From Clostridia bacterium (GTDB lineage: Bacteria; Bacillota; Clostridia; Christensenellales; Aristaeellaceae), in contig JAFXBE010000045.1 of assembly GCA_017516765.1 (NCBI GenBank), positions 25,102-89,101 on the forward strand: a stretch of 64,000 nucleotides of DNA, read 5' to 3'. The notes beneath the pieces are model-generated. The model ran no database searches and was not told the DNA's origin. It worked only from the letters and a program-made list of their open reading frames with translations. Within the stretch, counting starts at the first letter, position 1, and the number at the start of each line of letters is the position of its first letter. Shown piece by piece: positions 17,911-29,200 of this stretch. Both the position numbers and the translations under genes were made by a program.

Positions 17911-18768
17911 TTAGTCGGTTGCCTTCGGATGCTGCCGTCCCTGCACGTCGATGGTGTATTCGCCATCCAGCAGGATCTCGCTTACCGGGATAATGGTGTA
18001 CCCCAGCTGCTGATAGTGCTCGATAACGGTTGGCAGGGCGTTGACGATATCGTTGGAATCGTTGTGGAACAGTACGATATCGCCCGGCTCCACCCGATAG
18101 GTGCATTGTTTGATGATGTCTGCCGTGCCCCGATCCTTCCAGTCCAGGCTGTCGATGCTCCATTGCACGCATTCGTAGCCCTCCTGCCGGGATACGGTCA
18201 CCACCCGGTCGTTGTAATCGCCGTAGGGCGGACGGAACAGGGTCGGCTTTACACCGGTCAATTCTTCCACCTTGGCAGACATGTTATGCAGCTCTTTGCG
18301 GATGTCTGCTTCCGAAAGCTTGCTCATATGGGGATGGGTATCGGAATGGTTGCCGATCTCATGCCCACGGCTTACGATCTCCCGGAGCATTTCCGGATAC
18401 TTATCCACCCAGCCGCCCACCAGAAAGAAGGTGGTCTTTACGCCGTATTTGTCCAGTATATCCAGAATGGGGATGGTCTTATCCGCGCCCCATGAAGCAT
18501 CGAAGCTGATGGCCAGCACCTTTTCCTCTCTGGCAACGCTGTAGATGGGCAGCTCCCGTTTGCGGGCAACCACTGCCGCTGCGGGTTGATTGAGCTGAAT
18601 CGTATACAGCGCAGCCAGCGCAAGCATGCACAGGCACAGCACAGCCTGCGCAAAGGGTGTTCGTTTGACGGAGTGGCGGATGCCCGCATCCTCGTATGTA
18701 GAACTGTCCCCGGGCGGCAGGCGGATCTGCCGTCCTTTCTCCCGCAACCGGATGGGTCTGCTGCTCAT
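17911..18768 (-). CDS. polysaccharide deacetylase (NodB/CE4) family, N-terminal membrane anchor (285 aa)
   Basis: TM segment AVLCLCMLALAALYTI, CE4 motifs SFDASWG and HSDTHPHM, and RPPYG. AAAGGAGGAAG lies upstream of MSSRP. Confidence 0.85.
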   Translation of the reverse strand: MSSRPIRLREKGRQIRLPPGDSSTYEDAGIRHSVKRTPFAQAVLCLCMLALAALYTIQLNQPAAAVVARKRELPIYSVAREEKVLAISFDASWGADKTIPILDILDKYGVKTTFFLVGGWVDKYPEMLREIVSRGHEIGNHSDTHPHMSKLSEADIRKELHNMSAKVEELTGVKPTLFRPPYGDYNDRVVTVSRQEGYECVQWSIDSLDWKDRGTADIIKQCTYRVEPGDIVLFHNDSNDIVNALPTVIEHYQQLGYTIIPVSEILLDGEYTIDVQGRQHPKATD

Positions 18769-18894
18769 GAGTGGCTTCCTCCTTTGAAAGATAATGAATC
18801 GGATCACCATACTCTATGCGTGGGCAGAACCGTCAATGAATGCACCTGCGCCCATCCGGCAAAACTTGTGCCGATGTGTGCAAACAAGACAAAA

Positions 18895-18931
18895 AACCGC
18901 CCTGCATTCCGGTGTGGAATACAGGGCGGTT
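18895..18931 (-). terminator. rho-independent terminator after the 2-hydroxyacid dehydrogenase gene
   Basis: AACCGCCCTG...CAGGGCGGTT stem, followed on the minus strand by TTTTTGTC. Confidence 0.75.
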
Positions 18932-18940
18932 TGCCTGCGG

Positions 18941-19903
18941 TTATCGGAGAGCGTCAGGGTTCAGCAGGTTTTCCGGCAGCCCGCCTGCCAGCACGGTTTG
19001 TATGCGGGCGCTTGCCTGCACCGCCATTTCGTAGCGTGCCTGATGGGTGTTGCTGCCGCAGTGGGGGGTAAGGATCACATTGGACAGGGTAAGGTATTCC
19101 GGGTTTATATAAGGCTCGTCGGGGTACACATCCAGCGCGGCCCCGCCGATGGAGCCTGCCTTCAGCGCATCCAGCAGGGCTTCCTCGTCCATTACTGCGC
19201 CGCGGGCGGTGTTCACGATGCAGGCGTGTGGTTTCATCAGGGCAAGCAGTTCCCGGGAGATCAGATTCTTGGTCTCGGGGGTAGCGGGACAGTGCAGGCT
19301 GATCAAGTCGCTCTGCGCCATCAGCCGGTCAAGGGGTACCTGCACATCGCCCAGCGCATCCCGGTGGGGCTTGGGGGTACGGGCGTGGTAGAGCACCTTC
19401 ATGCCCATAAACCGCCCGAAGTCTGCCACAACAGCCCCGATTCGTCCCATGCCCACAATGCCCAGCGTCTGCCCTGCAAGGGATTGCCCCATGTGCTTGC
19501 CCATGCCGAACACCTGCCGGGAGGGCTGGGTGCGCAGCAGATCGTCCAGATGCACGATCCGGCGGGAGACAGCCGTCAGCAGGGCAATGGCCAGCTCTGC
19601 CGTGGGGGCGGTAACGGCATCCGGGGTGTTGGCGACCATGATCCCCGCCCGGGTGGCGGCAGCCACGTCGATGGCATCATATCCTGCGCCGTAGCAGACG
19701 ATCAGCTCGAGCTGTTTTGCGGCGGCGATCATGTCGGCATCCACCGCCGTACAGGCAACCACCGCATCCGCATCGGCGATCAGCGCAAGCATTTCTTCTT
19801 TTGTATAGCCCCTCAGCGGCTCCGGGATGCAGACCTCATGCCCCTTCAGGTGTTCGGTAAAACCCTCGGCGGGCACGCCGTAGGTAACAAGGATCTTTGC
19901 CAT
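18941..19903 (-). CDS. D-isomer-specific 2-hydroxyacid dehydrogenase (glyoxylate/hydroxypyruvate reductase-like) (320 aa)
   Basis: NAD motif GIVGMGRIGAVVA, then NTARG and catalytic His in TPHCGS. GGAGGAAG lies upstream of MAKILV. Confidence 0.88.
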   Translation of the reverse strand: MAKILVTYGVPAEGFTEHLKGHEVCIPEPLRGYTKEEMLALIADADAVVACTAVDADMIAAAKQLELIVCYGAGYDAIDVAAATRAGIMVANTPDAVTAPTAELAIALLTAVSRRIVHLDDLLRTQPSRQVFGMGKHMGQSLAGQTLGIVGMGRIGAVVADFGRFMGMKVLYHARTPKPHRDALGDVQVPLDRLMAQSDLISLHCPATPETKNLISRELLALMKPHACIVNTARGAVMDEEALLDALKAGSIGGAALDVYPDEPYINPEYLTLSNVILTPHCGSNTHQARYEMAVQASARIQTVLAGGLPENLLNPDALR

Positions 19904-20031
19904 GGAAATCTTCCTCCGTCGGTCGTTATTGCGTGTTTCTGCTACACAGCATAGCAAAACCGGGGACGATTGGCAAGCATGCCGTGTGGGTACTTTTGGC
20001 ATACTACCCGAAAAAGTACAGGGGGATTGCT

Positions 20032-21375
20032 ATGGTTACAGGCAGTTTCTGGGCACATGAGCCTCTGGGAGAATATGCGCCGTTGCGCGGCTTTCATCAA
20101 ACCGATGCAGTGGTGATCGGCGGAGGGTTTACCGGCATCACCACCGCACTGTGGCTCTGCCGGGCGGGGCTGAGGGTGGTGCTGCTGGAGGGGGAGACCC
20201 TTGCCTGCGGCGCATCTTCCCGCTGCGCAGGTATGCTTTCCGTTACCGATCGCTTTATGCTCAAGCGTCTGGAGCAGCAGCGGGGATCGGCGGTCGCGGA
20301 AGCCTATATCCGTTCCCGGAGGGCAGCTTTCGGCGCGATCCGCTCCCTTGCCAGAGAAACGGAAGAATTGGAGTGGCAGGATGCGGATGCCTGTCTGCTG
20401 GCAGACGGTAAAGGATTTGATCTTTCTGCCGAGGCGGAGCTGCTGCGCAGAGGCGGGACAGCGGCTGATGAACTGCAGGGCGGCAGCGCGCCATTGCCTG
20501 CCCGGCAGATCCTTGCCGTACGGGATATGGCGCACATCCACCCCATGAAGTATTTTGCCTGCCTTACCCGTATGGCGCTCCGGCATGGCCTGACCATTCA
20601 CGAGCACAGCCGGGTGGTCGCGGTGGAGACCAATCTGGCGCAAACGCCCGAGGGAGCGGTAAAGGCTCCCTTTCTGATCATTGCCACAGGATACCCGATC
20701 ATCAATGTACCCGGGTGGTACTTTCTGCGGCTTTCCCAACGGCGGCGGTATCTTGCGGCTGCACAGGGCAGCGTGGGGGAGAATATGTTTTATGACGGAA
20801 GGGGCAGGTTCGCACTGCGCGGCATCCATGGGGGGATCCTTGCCCAGATGGATGGCGGCATGGTGGGGGAACGGCGTGAAAACAGCGGTCACCGACGCTG
20901 GCAGCAATGGCTGGGCAGGTATCTGGGCGAACCCTCCTTCCGGCATGAGGGCATTGAAACCTTTTCGGCAGACGGGCTGCCCTATATCGGTGTTTACAGC
21001 TCCAAAACGCCCAATCTGTTTGTGGCGACCGGTTACGGTGGCAAAGGGCTGTTGGGCAGTATGACGGCTGCACAGCTGATCAGTGCAAGGGTACTGGGGC
21101 TTGCCGCGGACAGCGACTTTGTTTTTTCGGGGCAGCGCAGGGGCTATGCCGTAACCGCCGCAGAAGCTGCAACGACGCTTGCCATGGCCGGTCGCTATGC
21201 CGGCGGTGTACTGCACCCCTTCGCACCCCGCTGCCCTCACATGGGCTGCAAGCTGGTCTATTCCCGGGAACGCAGGGTGTGGGAATGCCCTTGTCACGGT
21301 TCCCGCTTCGATGGCATCGGTCATCTGCTTTCTGCGCCGGCGACCGAGCCTGCCATCATCCGCCGCAGACATTGA
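20032..21375 (+). CDS. FAD-dependent oxidoreductase (DAO family) fused to a C-terminal Rieske [2Fe-2S] domain (447 aa)
   Basis: Dinucleotide motif DAVVIGGGFTGITTA and Rieske motifs CPHMGC...CPCHGSRF. The start is uncertain (MVTGSFW chosen). Confidence 0.8.
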   Translation: MVTGSFWAHEPLGEYAPLRGFHQTDAVVIGGGFTGITTALWLCRAGLRVVLLEGETLACGASSRCAGMLSVTDRFMLKRLEQQRGSAVAEAYIRSRRAAFGAIRSLARETEELEWQDADACLLADGKGFDLSAEAELLRRGGTAADELQGGSAPLPARQILAVRDMAHIHPMKYFACLTRMALRHGLTIHEHSRVVAVETNLAQTPEGAVKAPFLIIATGYPIINVPGWYFLRLSQRRRYLAAAQGSVGENMFYDGRGRFALRGIHGGILAQMDGGMVGERRENSGHRRWQQWLGRYLGEPSFRHEGIETFSADGLPYIGVYSSKTPNLFVATGYGGKGLLGSMTAAQLISARVLGLAADSDFVFSGQRRGYAVTAAEAATTLAMAGRYAGGVLHPFAPRCPHMGCKLVYSRERRVWECPCHGSRFDGIGHLLSAPATEPAIIRRRH

Positions 21376-21550
21376 TTGGTTGAAAAAGGGAAGGAAAATG
21401 CCACTTGCGACATTTACAAAGCCCTTTGAAAATCAAATAAAAATAACCTTTGTTATTCTGCTTGCTCAGGCAGGAAAAACGAAACAAAAGAAGAACAACA
21501 AGAGAACCGGATAAAAAACCACCGGCAAAATATGCGGAGGCACAAGAGAC

Positions 21551-23290
21551 ATGCAACAGATCAAATGGTTATGGTCCATTATGGATGAAAAGTTTCACCG
21601 AAAACACATAGCCGCCCTTTGTATCAGCGTTATTACATCCGTTATGCTGCTCATCAACCCCACCCTTACCGCTGCCATCGTGGATCAGGTCATTATTGCG
21701 CAGAACCCCGATCCCCTTCTGCCGCTTTTGTTTACCATGCTGGCATTCAAGCTCTTGCGCGAGGGTCTGCGGTATCTGATGGTGATCACGCTGGAAAAAT
21801 GCTCCCAGAATACCGTGTACAATCTACGTGTGCGGCTGTTTACCCGGCTGCAGTACCAGGATATGCGTTTCTTCGACCGCAACCGTACCGGCGATCTGAT
21901 GACCCGCCTTTCCGCCGATACGGACTGGTGCCGCCATTTCCTCAGCTATATCGATTACGTGGTGGTGGACAGCATCACCATGTTCCTTTCCACGTCCATC
22001 TATCTGTTCTTTGTCAACTGGAAGCTGGCGCTGGCGCTGGTGGCGGTTACGCCGCTGCTCACCATCATCACCAAGTTCTATTCCGGCCGTGTGCGTCCCC
22101 TGTTTGTGGAGATGCGCGACAAGCTGAGCGAGATGAACGCCGCCGCTCAGGAGAACATTGCCGGTAACCATGTGGTCAAGGCCTTTGCCCGGGAAGAGAA
22201 GGAAAAGGAAGATTTCGACAAGCGCAGCCAGAATTTCCGCGATGCCCATCTGAACATCAACAAGCTGTGGCTTACCTTCTACCCCTTTATTGAGATCCTG
22301 GCCCATGCCATGACGCTGATTACCATCTTCTTCGGCGCTTATCTGATCATCATGGGCGATATGACTGCAGGCGCCCTTTCCATCTTTGTAAACCTGAGCT
22401 GGGCGCTGAGCGTTCCCATGCGCAACATGGGCAACATGCTCAACGATGTGCAGCGCTTCATCACCTCTGCCAACAAGGTAATGCAGGTGGATATGAGCCG
22501 CCCTGCCATCCGCGACCCCGAGAACCCCACGCCCCACGAGAAGCTGCAGGGCAAGATCGAGTTCCGCAATGTATCCTTCAGCTATGATAAGCAGGAGGTT
22601 CTCTCCGACATCAGCTTTGTGGCAGAGCCCGGGCAGACGGTGGCGGTCATGGGCTCCACCGGCTCCGGCAAGACCACGCTGATCCAGCTGCTTGCCCGCT
22701 TCTACGATGTAAGCAAGGGTCAGATCCTTGTGGACGACTGCGATGTAAAGCGCTGGAAGCTCAACGAGCTTCGGGGCGGCATCGGTACCGCCATTCAGGA
22801 CGTATTCCTGTTCTCCGATACGGTGGAGGGCAATGTGGCCTTCGGTGCACAGGATCTTACCTTCGACGAGGTACGCGACTTTGCCCGCCGTGCCGCTGCC
22901 GACGATTTTGTGATGAAGATGCCCGAGGGCTACGATACCATCATCGGCGAGCGGGGTGTGGGTCTTTCCGGCGGTCAGCGGCAGCGTATCGCACTGGCCC
23001 GTGCACTGGCGGTGCGCCCCGGTATTCTGATCATGGACGACACCACCTCTGCCGTGGATATGGAGACCGAGCAGTACATTCAGCAGCAGCTGCGCGAGCT
23101 GCCCTACGACTGCACCAAGCTGATCATTGCCCAGCGCATCTCGTCTGTCAAGGATGCCGACCAGATCCTGATCCTGCAGAACGGTCGCATCACCGAGCGG
23201 GGCACCCACGAGGAGCTGCTCCGGCAGAAGGGCTATTATTACGAAACATACTGCCTGCAGAACGGCATTGAAATGGAGGTGGAGGGCTGA
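21551..23290 (+). CDS. ABC exporter-type fused permease/ATPase, subunit 1 of second heterodimer (579 aa)
   Basis: Six-TM domain, Walker A GSTGSGKTT, signature LSGGQRQR, Walker B ILIMDDTTS. GGAGG lies upstream. Confidence 0.9.
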   Translation: MQQIKWLWSIMDEKFHRKHIAALCISVITSVMLLINPTLTAAIVDQVIIAQNPDPLLPLLFTMLAFKLLREGLRYLMVITLEKCSQNTVYNLRVRLFTRLQYQDMRFFDRNRTGDLMTRLSADTDWCRHFLSYIDYVVVDSITMFLSTSIYLFFVNWKLALALVAVTPLLTIITKFYSGRVRPLFVEMRDKLSEMNAAAQENIAGNHVVKAFAREEKEKEDFDKRSQNFRDAHLNINKLWLTFYPFIEILAHAMTLITIFFGAYLIIMGDMTAGALSIFVNLSWALSVPMRNMGNMLNDVQRFITSANKVMQVDMSRPAIRDPENPTPHEKLQGKIEFRNVSFSYDKQEVLSDISFVAEPGQTVAVMGSTGSGKTTLIQLLARFYDVSKGQILVDDCDVKRWKLNELRGGIGTAIQDVFLFSDTVEGNVAFGAQDLTFDEVRDFARRAAADDFVMKMPEGYDTIIGERGVGLSGGQRQRIALARALAVRPGILIMDDTTSAVDMETEQYIQQQLRELPYDCTKLIIAQRISSVKDADQILILQNGRITERGTHEELLRQKGYYYETYCLQNGIEMEVEG

Positions 23291-25095
23291 TGGCACGCAA
23301 CAAGTTTGACGTTGACGAGACTTTGGAATCCCCGTTTCAAGCAAAACACTTAAAGCGTACCTTCGACTACATCAAGCGCCACCGCTACAAGATGCTTATG
23401 GCGCTGGTGCTCAGCGCACTGGCCAGCGTCAGCTCCATGTACATCCCCAAGGTTACCCAGCAGGTGCTGGACGATGTGGTGCCCAACAAGAATCTGGATC
23501 TGCTCTGGAAGCTCGCATTGCTGTTTGTGGGCATCGTGGTCATCAGCATCATCTTTACCGTGATCCGCTCCCGCATCATGGCGCATGTAAGCCAGGAGAT
23601 CATCTATGACATCCGCAAGGATCTTTTCGCCCACCTGCAGCGACTGCCCTTCAGCTACTATGACAGTCGCCCCGCCGGTAAGATCCTCGTTCGCGTGATC
23701 AACTACGTCAACTCGGTTTCCGATATCCTCTCCAACGGTATTATCAATATCATTCTGGAGATCATCAATCTGGTGTTCATCGTTATCTTCATGTACACCA
23801 CCAATGCCACGCTGGCTACCATCGTTGTGGCGGGCCTTCCTCTGTTCCTTGGCTTTATCATCTACATCAAGCCCCGGCAGCGCAAAGCCTGGCAGGCGCA
23901 GAGCAACAAAAACTCCAACTACAATGCCTACCTGGCAGAATCCATCGATGGTGTGAAGGTAAGCCAGTACTTTACCCGGCAGGAGGTAAACAAGACCATC
24001 ATGCAGCGGCTAGCCACCGCCTGCCGCACGGTGTGGATGCGTGCCGTTACCATCAGCAATACGGTTTGGCTCACCTCCGAAACCATTACCCAGATCGTGT
24101 TTACCCTGCTCTACATTGCCGGTGTATACTGGCTTACCGGCGGCGAGATGGTCTCCTTCGGCGTTATTCTGGCCATGAGCCAGTATGTGGGCCGTTTCTG
24201 GCAGCCCATTACCAACCTCGCCAATATCTACAACAATTTCGTCAACAACCTGGCTTATCTGGAGCGTATCTTCGAGACCATGGACGAGCCCGTGACCGTT
24301 GATGATGCCCCCGATGCCGCCGTGCTGCCCGAGATCGACGGCCGTGTGGATTTCGACAACGTCACCTTCGCTTATGAAGAGGGCATCAACATTCTGGAGA
24401 ACATGGATCTGCATGTAAAGGCGGGCGAGAGCATCGCTCTGGTCGGCCCCACGGGCGCGGGCAAATCCACCATCGTCAACCTGCTGTGCCGCTTCTACAA
24501 CATCAATGACGGTTCCATCAGCGTGTACGACGGGGATGGGAACGCCTACGATATCTCCAAGGTAACGCTGCACAGCCTGCGCACCCAGATGGGTATCATG
24601 CTGCAGGAGAGCTTCATCTTCAGCGGCACGCTGCTGGATAACATCCGCTACGGCCGCCTGGATGCTTCCGAAGACGATGTGATCAAGGCTGCCAAGGTTG
24701 TGCGTGCGGATGACTTTATCCGTGAAATGCCCGACGGTTACAACACCACCGTCAACGAGCGGGGCAACCGTCTTTCCCAGGGACAGAAGCAGCTGGTCTC
24801 CTTCGCCCGTACGCTGCTCAGTGATCCCCGCATTCTGATCCTTGACGAAGCCACCTCCTCGATCGATACCAAGACCGAGCGGCTTCTGCAGGAGGGTCTC
24901 AACGCTCTGCTGAAGGGGCGCACTTCCTTCATTATTGCCCACCGTCTGTCCACCATCAAAACCTGCGACCGCATTCTGTACATCTCCAACAAGGGCATTG
25001 CCGAAATGGGCAGCCATGACGAGCTGATGCAGAAAAAGGGTCTCTACTACGACATGTATACCGCTCAGGCCAGAGAACAGGGTCTGGATGTGTAA
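23290..25095 (+). CDS. ABC exporter-type fused permease/ATPase, subunit 2 of second heterodimer (601 aa)
   Basis: ATGA start/stop overlap with the upstream gene. Walker A GPTGAGKST, signature LSQGQKQL, Walker B ILILDEATS. Confidence 0.9.
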   Translation: MARNKFDVDETLESPFQAKHLKRTFDYIKRHRYKMLMALVLSALASVSSMYIPKVTQQVLDDVVPNKNLDLLWKLALLFVGIVVISIIFTVIRSRIMAHVSQEIIYDIRKDLFAHLQRLPFSYYDSRPAGKILVRVINYVNSVSDILSNGIINIILEIINLVFIVIFMYTTNATLATIVVAGLPLFLGFIIYIKPRQRKAWQAQSNKNSNYNAYLAESIDGVKVSQYFTRQEVNKTIMQRLATACRTVWMRAVTISNTVWLTSETITQIVFTLLYIAGVYWLTGGEMVSFGVILAMSQYVGRFWQPITNLANIYNNFVNNLAYLERIFETMDEPVTVDDAPDAAVLPEIDGRVDFDNVTFAYEEGINILENMDLHVKAGESIALVGPTGAGKSTIVNLLCRFYNINDGSISVYDGDGNAYDISKVTLHSLRTQMGIMLQESFIFSGTLLDNIRYGRLDASEDDVIKAAKVVRADDFIREMPDGYNTTVNERGNRLSQGQKQLVSFARTLLSDPRILILDEATSSIDTKTERLLQEGLNALLKGRTSFIIAHRLSTIKTCDRILYISNKGIAEMGSHDELMQKKGLYYDMYTAQAREQGLDV

Positions 25096-25112
25096 ACAGG
25101 AGGAAAGCACAA

Positions 25113-26246
25113 ATGGCACAGGGTGCATGGGAAACCAAGCAGTACACCAACTACTTCAGCCGCATCGGCATTGACGAAGAAACCGCCAAAAAGCGGGTGG
25201 AAGAGAGCTTCCGTACCATTTTCTTCGATCCCGAGAACGGCTTCTATCAGGATGTGGATGCCGACAGCGGCTGCATGGTGGATACCGGCAACATCGATGC
25301 CCGCACCGAGGGCATGAGCTACGGCATGATGATGACTGTACAGATGGATCGGAAGGATCTGTTCGACAAGCTGTGGTGCTTCTCCCGGCGGTACATGTAC
25401 CAGCCGGAGGGCAAGTATCAGGGCTATTTCGCCTGGTCCGTGCAACTGGACGGCACCCACAACGCCGAAGGCCCCGCCCCCGACGGCGAGGAATACTTCG
25501 CCATGGCGCTGCTGATGGCGGCTGCCCGCTGGGGCAACGGTGAGGGTATCTACAACTATGCACAGGAGGCGCGGGAGATCCTGCGCCACTGCGTGCATCA
25601 GCATGAGCTGGTCGAAGGCGGGCAGCCCATGTGGGAGGGTTCCAACCATTACATCAAGTTCGTGCCGGAAACGCCTTTTACCGATCCCAGCTACCACCTA
25701 CCTCATTTCTACCAGCTCTTCGCTCTTGCGGCAGACGAGCAGGATCGCCCCTTCTGGGCAGAGGCGGCAAAGGCAAGCCGTGAATACATCATTCTCAGCG
25801 CACACCCCGAGACAGGCATGAGCCCCGAATATGCCGAGTACGACGGCACCCCCAGACTGATGTTCAGAAAGCCCTACGCCTACTATTCCGATGCCTATCG
25901 GGTCGCCATGAACATTGCGCTGGACAATATCTGGTTCGGCAAGACCCAGCAGATGAGCGATGTGGTCACCCGGCTGCAGAACTTCTTCTGCGAAAAGGAA
26001 CCGGAGGGGGACTACAAGGCCTACGATCTGGACGGTACGCCCCACGACGAACCCGCCATGCATCCCGTGGCCATCACGGCGGTGCTGGGCGCAGCATCTG
26101 TCGCCAGCGAAAGTAAGTATGCCGACGAATGCCTGCGCCGCTTCTGGAATACGCCTCTGCGTACCGGCAAACGCCGCTATTATGATAACTGCCTGCACTT
26201 CTTCTGCATGCTCATGCTCAGCGGGCAGTACCGTATTTACCTCTGA
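25113..26246 (+). CDS. GH8 family, reducing-end xylose-releasing exo-oligoxylanase (Rex)-like, cytoplasmic (377 aa)
   Basis: Catalytic-acid region ARTEGMSYGMMM and PDGEEYFAMALL. Size and the absence of a signal peptide match Rex-type GH8. It lies 17 nt after the ABC gene, with AGGAGG upstream. Confidence 0.8.
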   Translation: MAQGAWETKQYTNYFSRIGIDEETAKKRVEESFRTIFFDPENGFYQDVDADSGCMVDTGNIDARTEGMSYGMMMTVQMDRKDLFDKLWCFSRRYMYQPEGKYQGYFAWSVQLDGTHNAEGPAPDGEEYFAMALLMAAARWGNGEGIYNYAQEAREILRHCVHQHELVEGGQPMWEGSNHYIKFVPETPFTDPSYHLPHFYQLFALAADEQDRPFWAEAAKASREYIILSAHPETGMSPEYAEYDGTPRLMFRKPYAYYSDAYRVAMNIALDNIWFGKTQQMSDVVTRLQNFFCEKEPEGDYKAYDLDGTPHDEPAMHPVAITAVLGAASVASESKYADECLRRFWNTPLRTGKRRYYDNCLHFFCMLMLSGQYRIYL

Positions 26247-26281
26247 TTCTTTCCCCAACAACCAAACAGGAGGCACAGACC

Positions 26282-29200
26282 ATGGAACGTCTTTTCAACG
26301 ATAGCTGGCGTTTTGTGAAACTGCCCTTTGGCAGCACTCTCGACGACGCAAAAGTTGCTGACTGGAACCCTGTTGAACTTCCCCACGATTGGCTGATCGC
26401 GCAGGCTGACGACCTGTATGAGACCGGCGACGGCTGGTACCGCCGCACCTTTGCGGTGGAAAACCCCGATGACGGTTTGGTCCGCATCCTGCGCTTTGAC
26501 GGTGTCTACATGGACTGCGATGTACTGGTGAACGAGCAGATCGTTGCTACCCACCGCTACGGCTATACCGCTTTCGATGTGGATCTGACCCATCATCTCC
26601 GCAGCGGTGATAACAGCATCATGGTACATATCCGTCACCGGAGCCCCAACAGCCGCTGGTATTCCGGCGCAGGCATCTACCGGGATGTAACGCTGCATAC
26701 CCTGCCCGCCCGGCATATCCCCATGGACGGTACCTATGTGTACACCCAAAAGACCGACACTTGCTGGACGATGACCGTGGAGACCGAACTGACCGGCACC
26801 GAGGGCGGCGAGACCTTGTGCCACCGGCTGCTGGACAGCGACGGGGATGTTGTTGCAGAGGTCTGTGCGCCTGCTGTGGGTGATATCCTCACTCTGCAGC
26901 TGGAAGTGGCAGAACCGCTGCTGTGGAGCTGCGATGATCCCAACTGCTATACCCTTGAGACTGTGCTGGGCAGCCAATGCATCCGGCAGCGGGTGGGCTT
27001 CCGCACCGCCGAGTTGACTACCGACCGTGGGCTTTTGCTCAACGGCGTGCATGTAAAGCTGCACGGTGTGTGCCTCCACCATGATCTGGGCGCGCTGGGC
27101 GCAGCCTTCAATGAGAAAGCCGCTCGCCGCCAGCTTGCCACCATGCGCCGGATGGGCGTAAACGCCCTCCGTACCTCTCATAACCCACCTGCAAAGATCG
27201 TGATGGATCTGTGCGACGAGATGGGCATCCTTGTGCTGGATGAAGCCTTCGATATGTGGGAGCATTGCAAGACCACATACGATTACGGACGTTTCTTCGG
27301 CGAATGCTGGCAGGAGGACGTGCGAAGCTGGGTACGCCGGGATCGCAACCACCCCAGTCTGCTGATGTGGTCCATCGGCAACGAGATCGGCGATGTGAAC
27401 GATCCCCGGGGCGAGGTGGTCACCCGTATGCTCTGCGACGAGGTGCGCCTCCACGACCCCAGGCGCAACGGCTTTACCACCTTCGGCTCCAACTATATGC
27501 CCTGGGAGGGTGCGCAGAAATGCGCCGAATGGATCGATGCGGTGGGCTACAACTATGCCGAGCGGTATTACGATGCCCACCACGCAGCCCACCCCGGTTG
27601 GGTCATTTACGGCAGCGAGACATCTTCGCTGGTCTTCAGCCGCGGTATTTATCACTTCCCCCAGAAGGTATCCATCCTGGCGGACGAAGATCTGCAGTGC
27701 TCGTCCCTCGGCAACAGCGCAACCAGCTGGGGCGCGAAGGATCTGCGGGTCATGTTTACCGAAGACCGGAACTGCCAGTATTCTCTGGGCCAGTTCGTGT
27801 GGACGGGCACCGACTATATCGGCGAGCCCACGCCCTACCATACCCGCAACAGTTACTTCGGCTATGTGGATACCGCCGGTTTCCCCAAGGATGCCTTCTA
27901 CACCTGCAAGGCTTTCTGGAACGACGAACCCATGGTGCACATCGGCGTGTGCTGGGACTGGAATCCGGGACAGGTGGTGGACGTGCCTGTATCCTGCAAC
28001 TGCGATGCGGTTGAGCTGTTCCTGAACGGGCAGTCCCTCGGCAGGGAAGCCATCGACCTGAGCGACAAGGATCGCTGTGTGCCGGTGTGGCAGGTGCCCT
28101 ATCAGCCCGGTGAGCTGCTTGCCCGCGCCTATGATGCCAACGGCAGTATGGTCGCCGAGGATGTGCGCCGCTCCTTCGGGGACAGCGCAGCGATCTGCCT
28201 GAGGGCAGAGGAAAGCTTCCTGCAGGCGGACGGGCGGGATATGGCATTCGTGGAGATCTCCATGACGGATGCCGATGGCAACCCGGTGGAGAACGCCTGC
28301 GACCGTGTGTTTGTGACCGTGAAGGGCGCGGGACGCCTTGTGGGTCTGGACAACGGCGACAGTACCGATACCGACCCCTACCAAACCCAAAGCCGCCGGT
28401 TGTTCAGCGGTAAGCTGCTGGCTATGGTGACCTCCAACGGCGAAGCGGGGGAGATCCTTGTGGAGGTGTCCTCTGCCGGGAAAGAGACCGTCAGCCTTAC
28501 CCTGCAGGCCGTGGCGGCAGAGATGCCCGAGGGCATCACCTGCCTGCTGGATTGCTGCAAGGACAGCAGCAAAGCCGACCTGACCGATCTGCCCGTGCGC
28601 CGCATCGAATTGATCCCCCGCAATGGCTGCACCATCGACCCGGAACACCCCGCCCTGACCTTTGATGTACGGATGTACCCCGAAAACGCTGCAAAGCAGC
28701 CCATTGCTTTCCGGCTGACCAATGCATCCGGCATCGACAGCCCCTGTGCCGTTCTTGCGGCGGATGAGAACACGGTGACCGTTACCGGCAAATACGACGG
28801 CGAGGTCTGGCTGCGTGCAAGCTGCAACAATGGCTACAGCCATCCCCGCATTCTCTCCCAGCTTCGGCTGACGGTGGAGGGCATGGGCGCATCGGTGCTG
28901 GATCCCTACGGCTTTGTGGCGGGCGGTTTGTGTGACCGAAGCCATGGCGAACTGGGGGCAGGCAACGAGCACGGCATCACCTTCTCCCGGGATGGCGTAA
29001 GCATGGCGGGCTTCAGCAATGTGGATTTCGGTCTCGCCGGTTCCGACGAGATCACTCTGCCCATCTTCGCCCTGAACGGCGACCCCTATGTGATGGAAAT
29101 GTGGCTGGGCGATCCTCTTGAGGGCGGCGAAAAGCTGACCGATCTGCACTATTGCAAGCCCTGCATCTGGAACCAATACCAGCCCGAGACCTATAAGCTG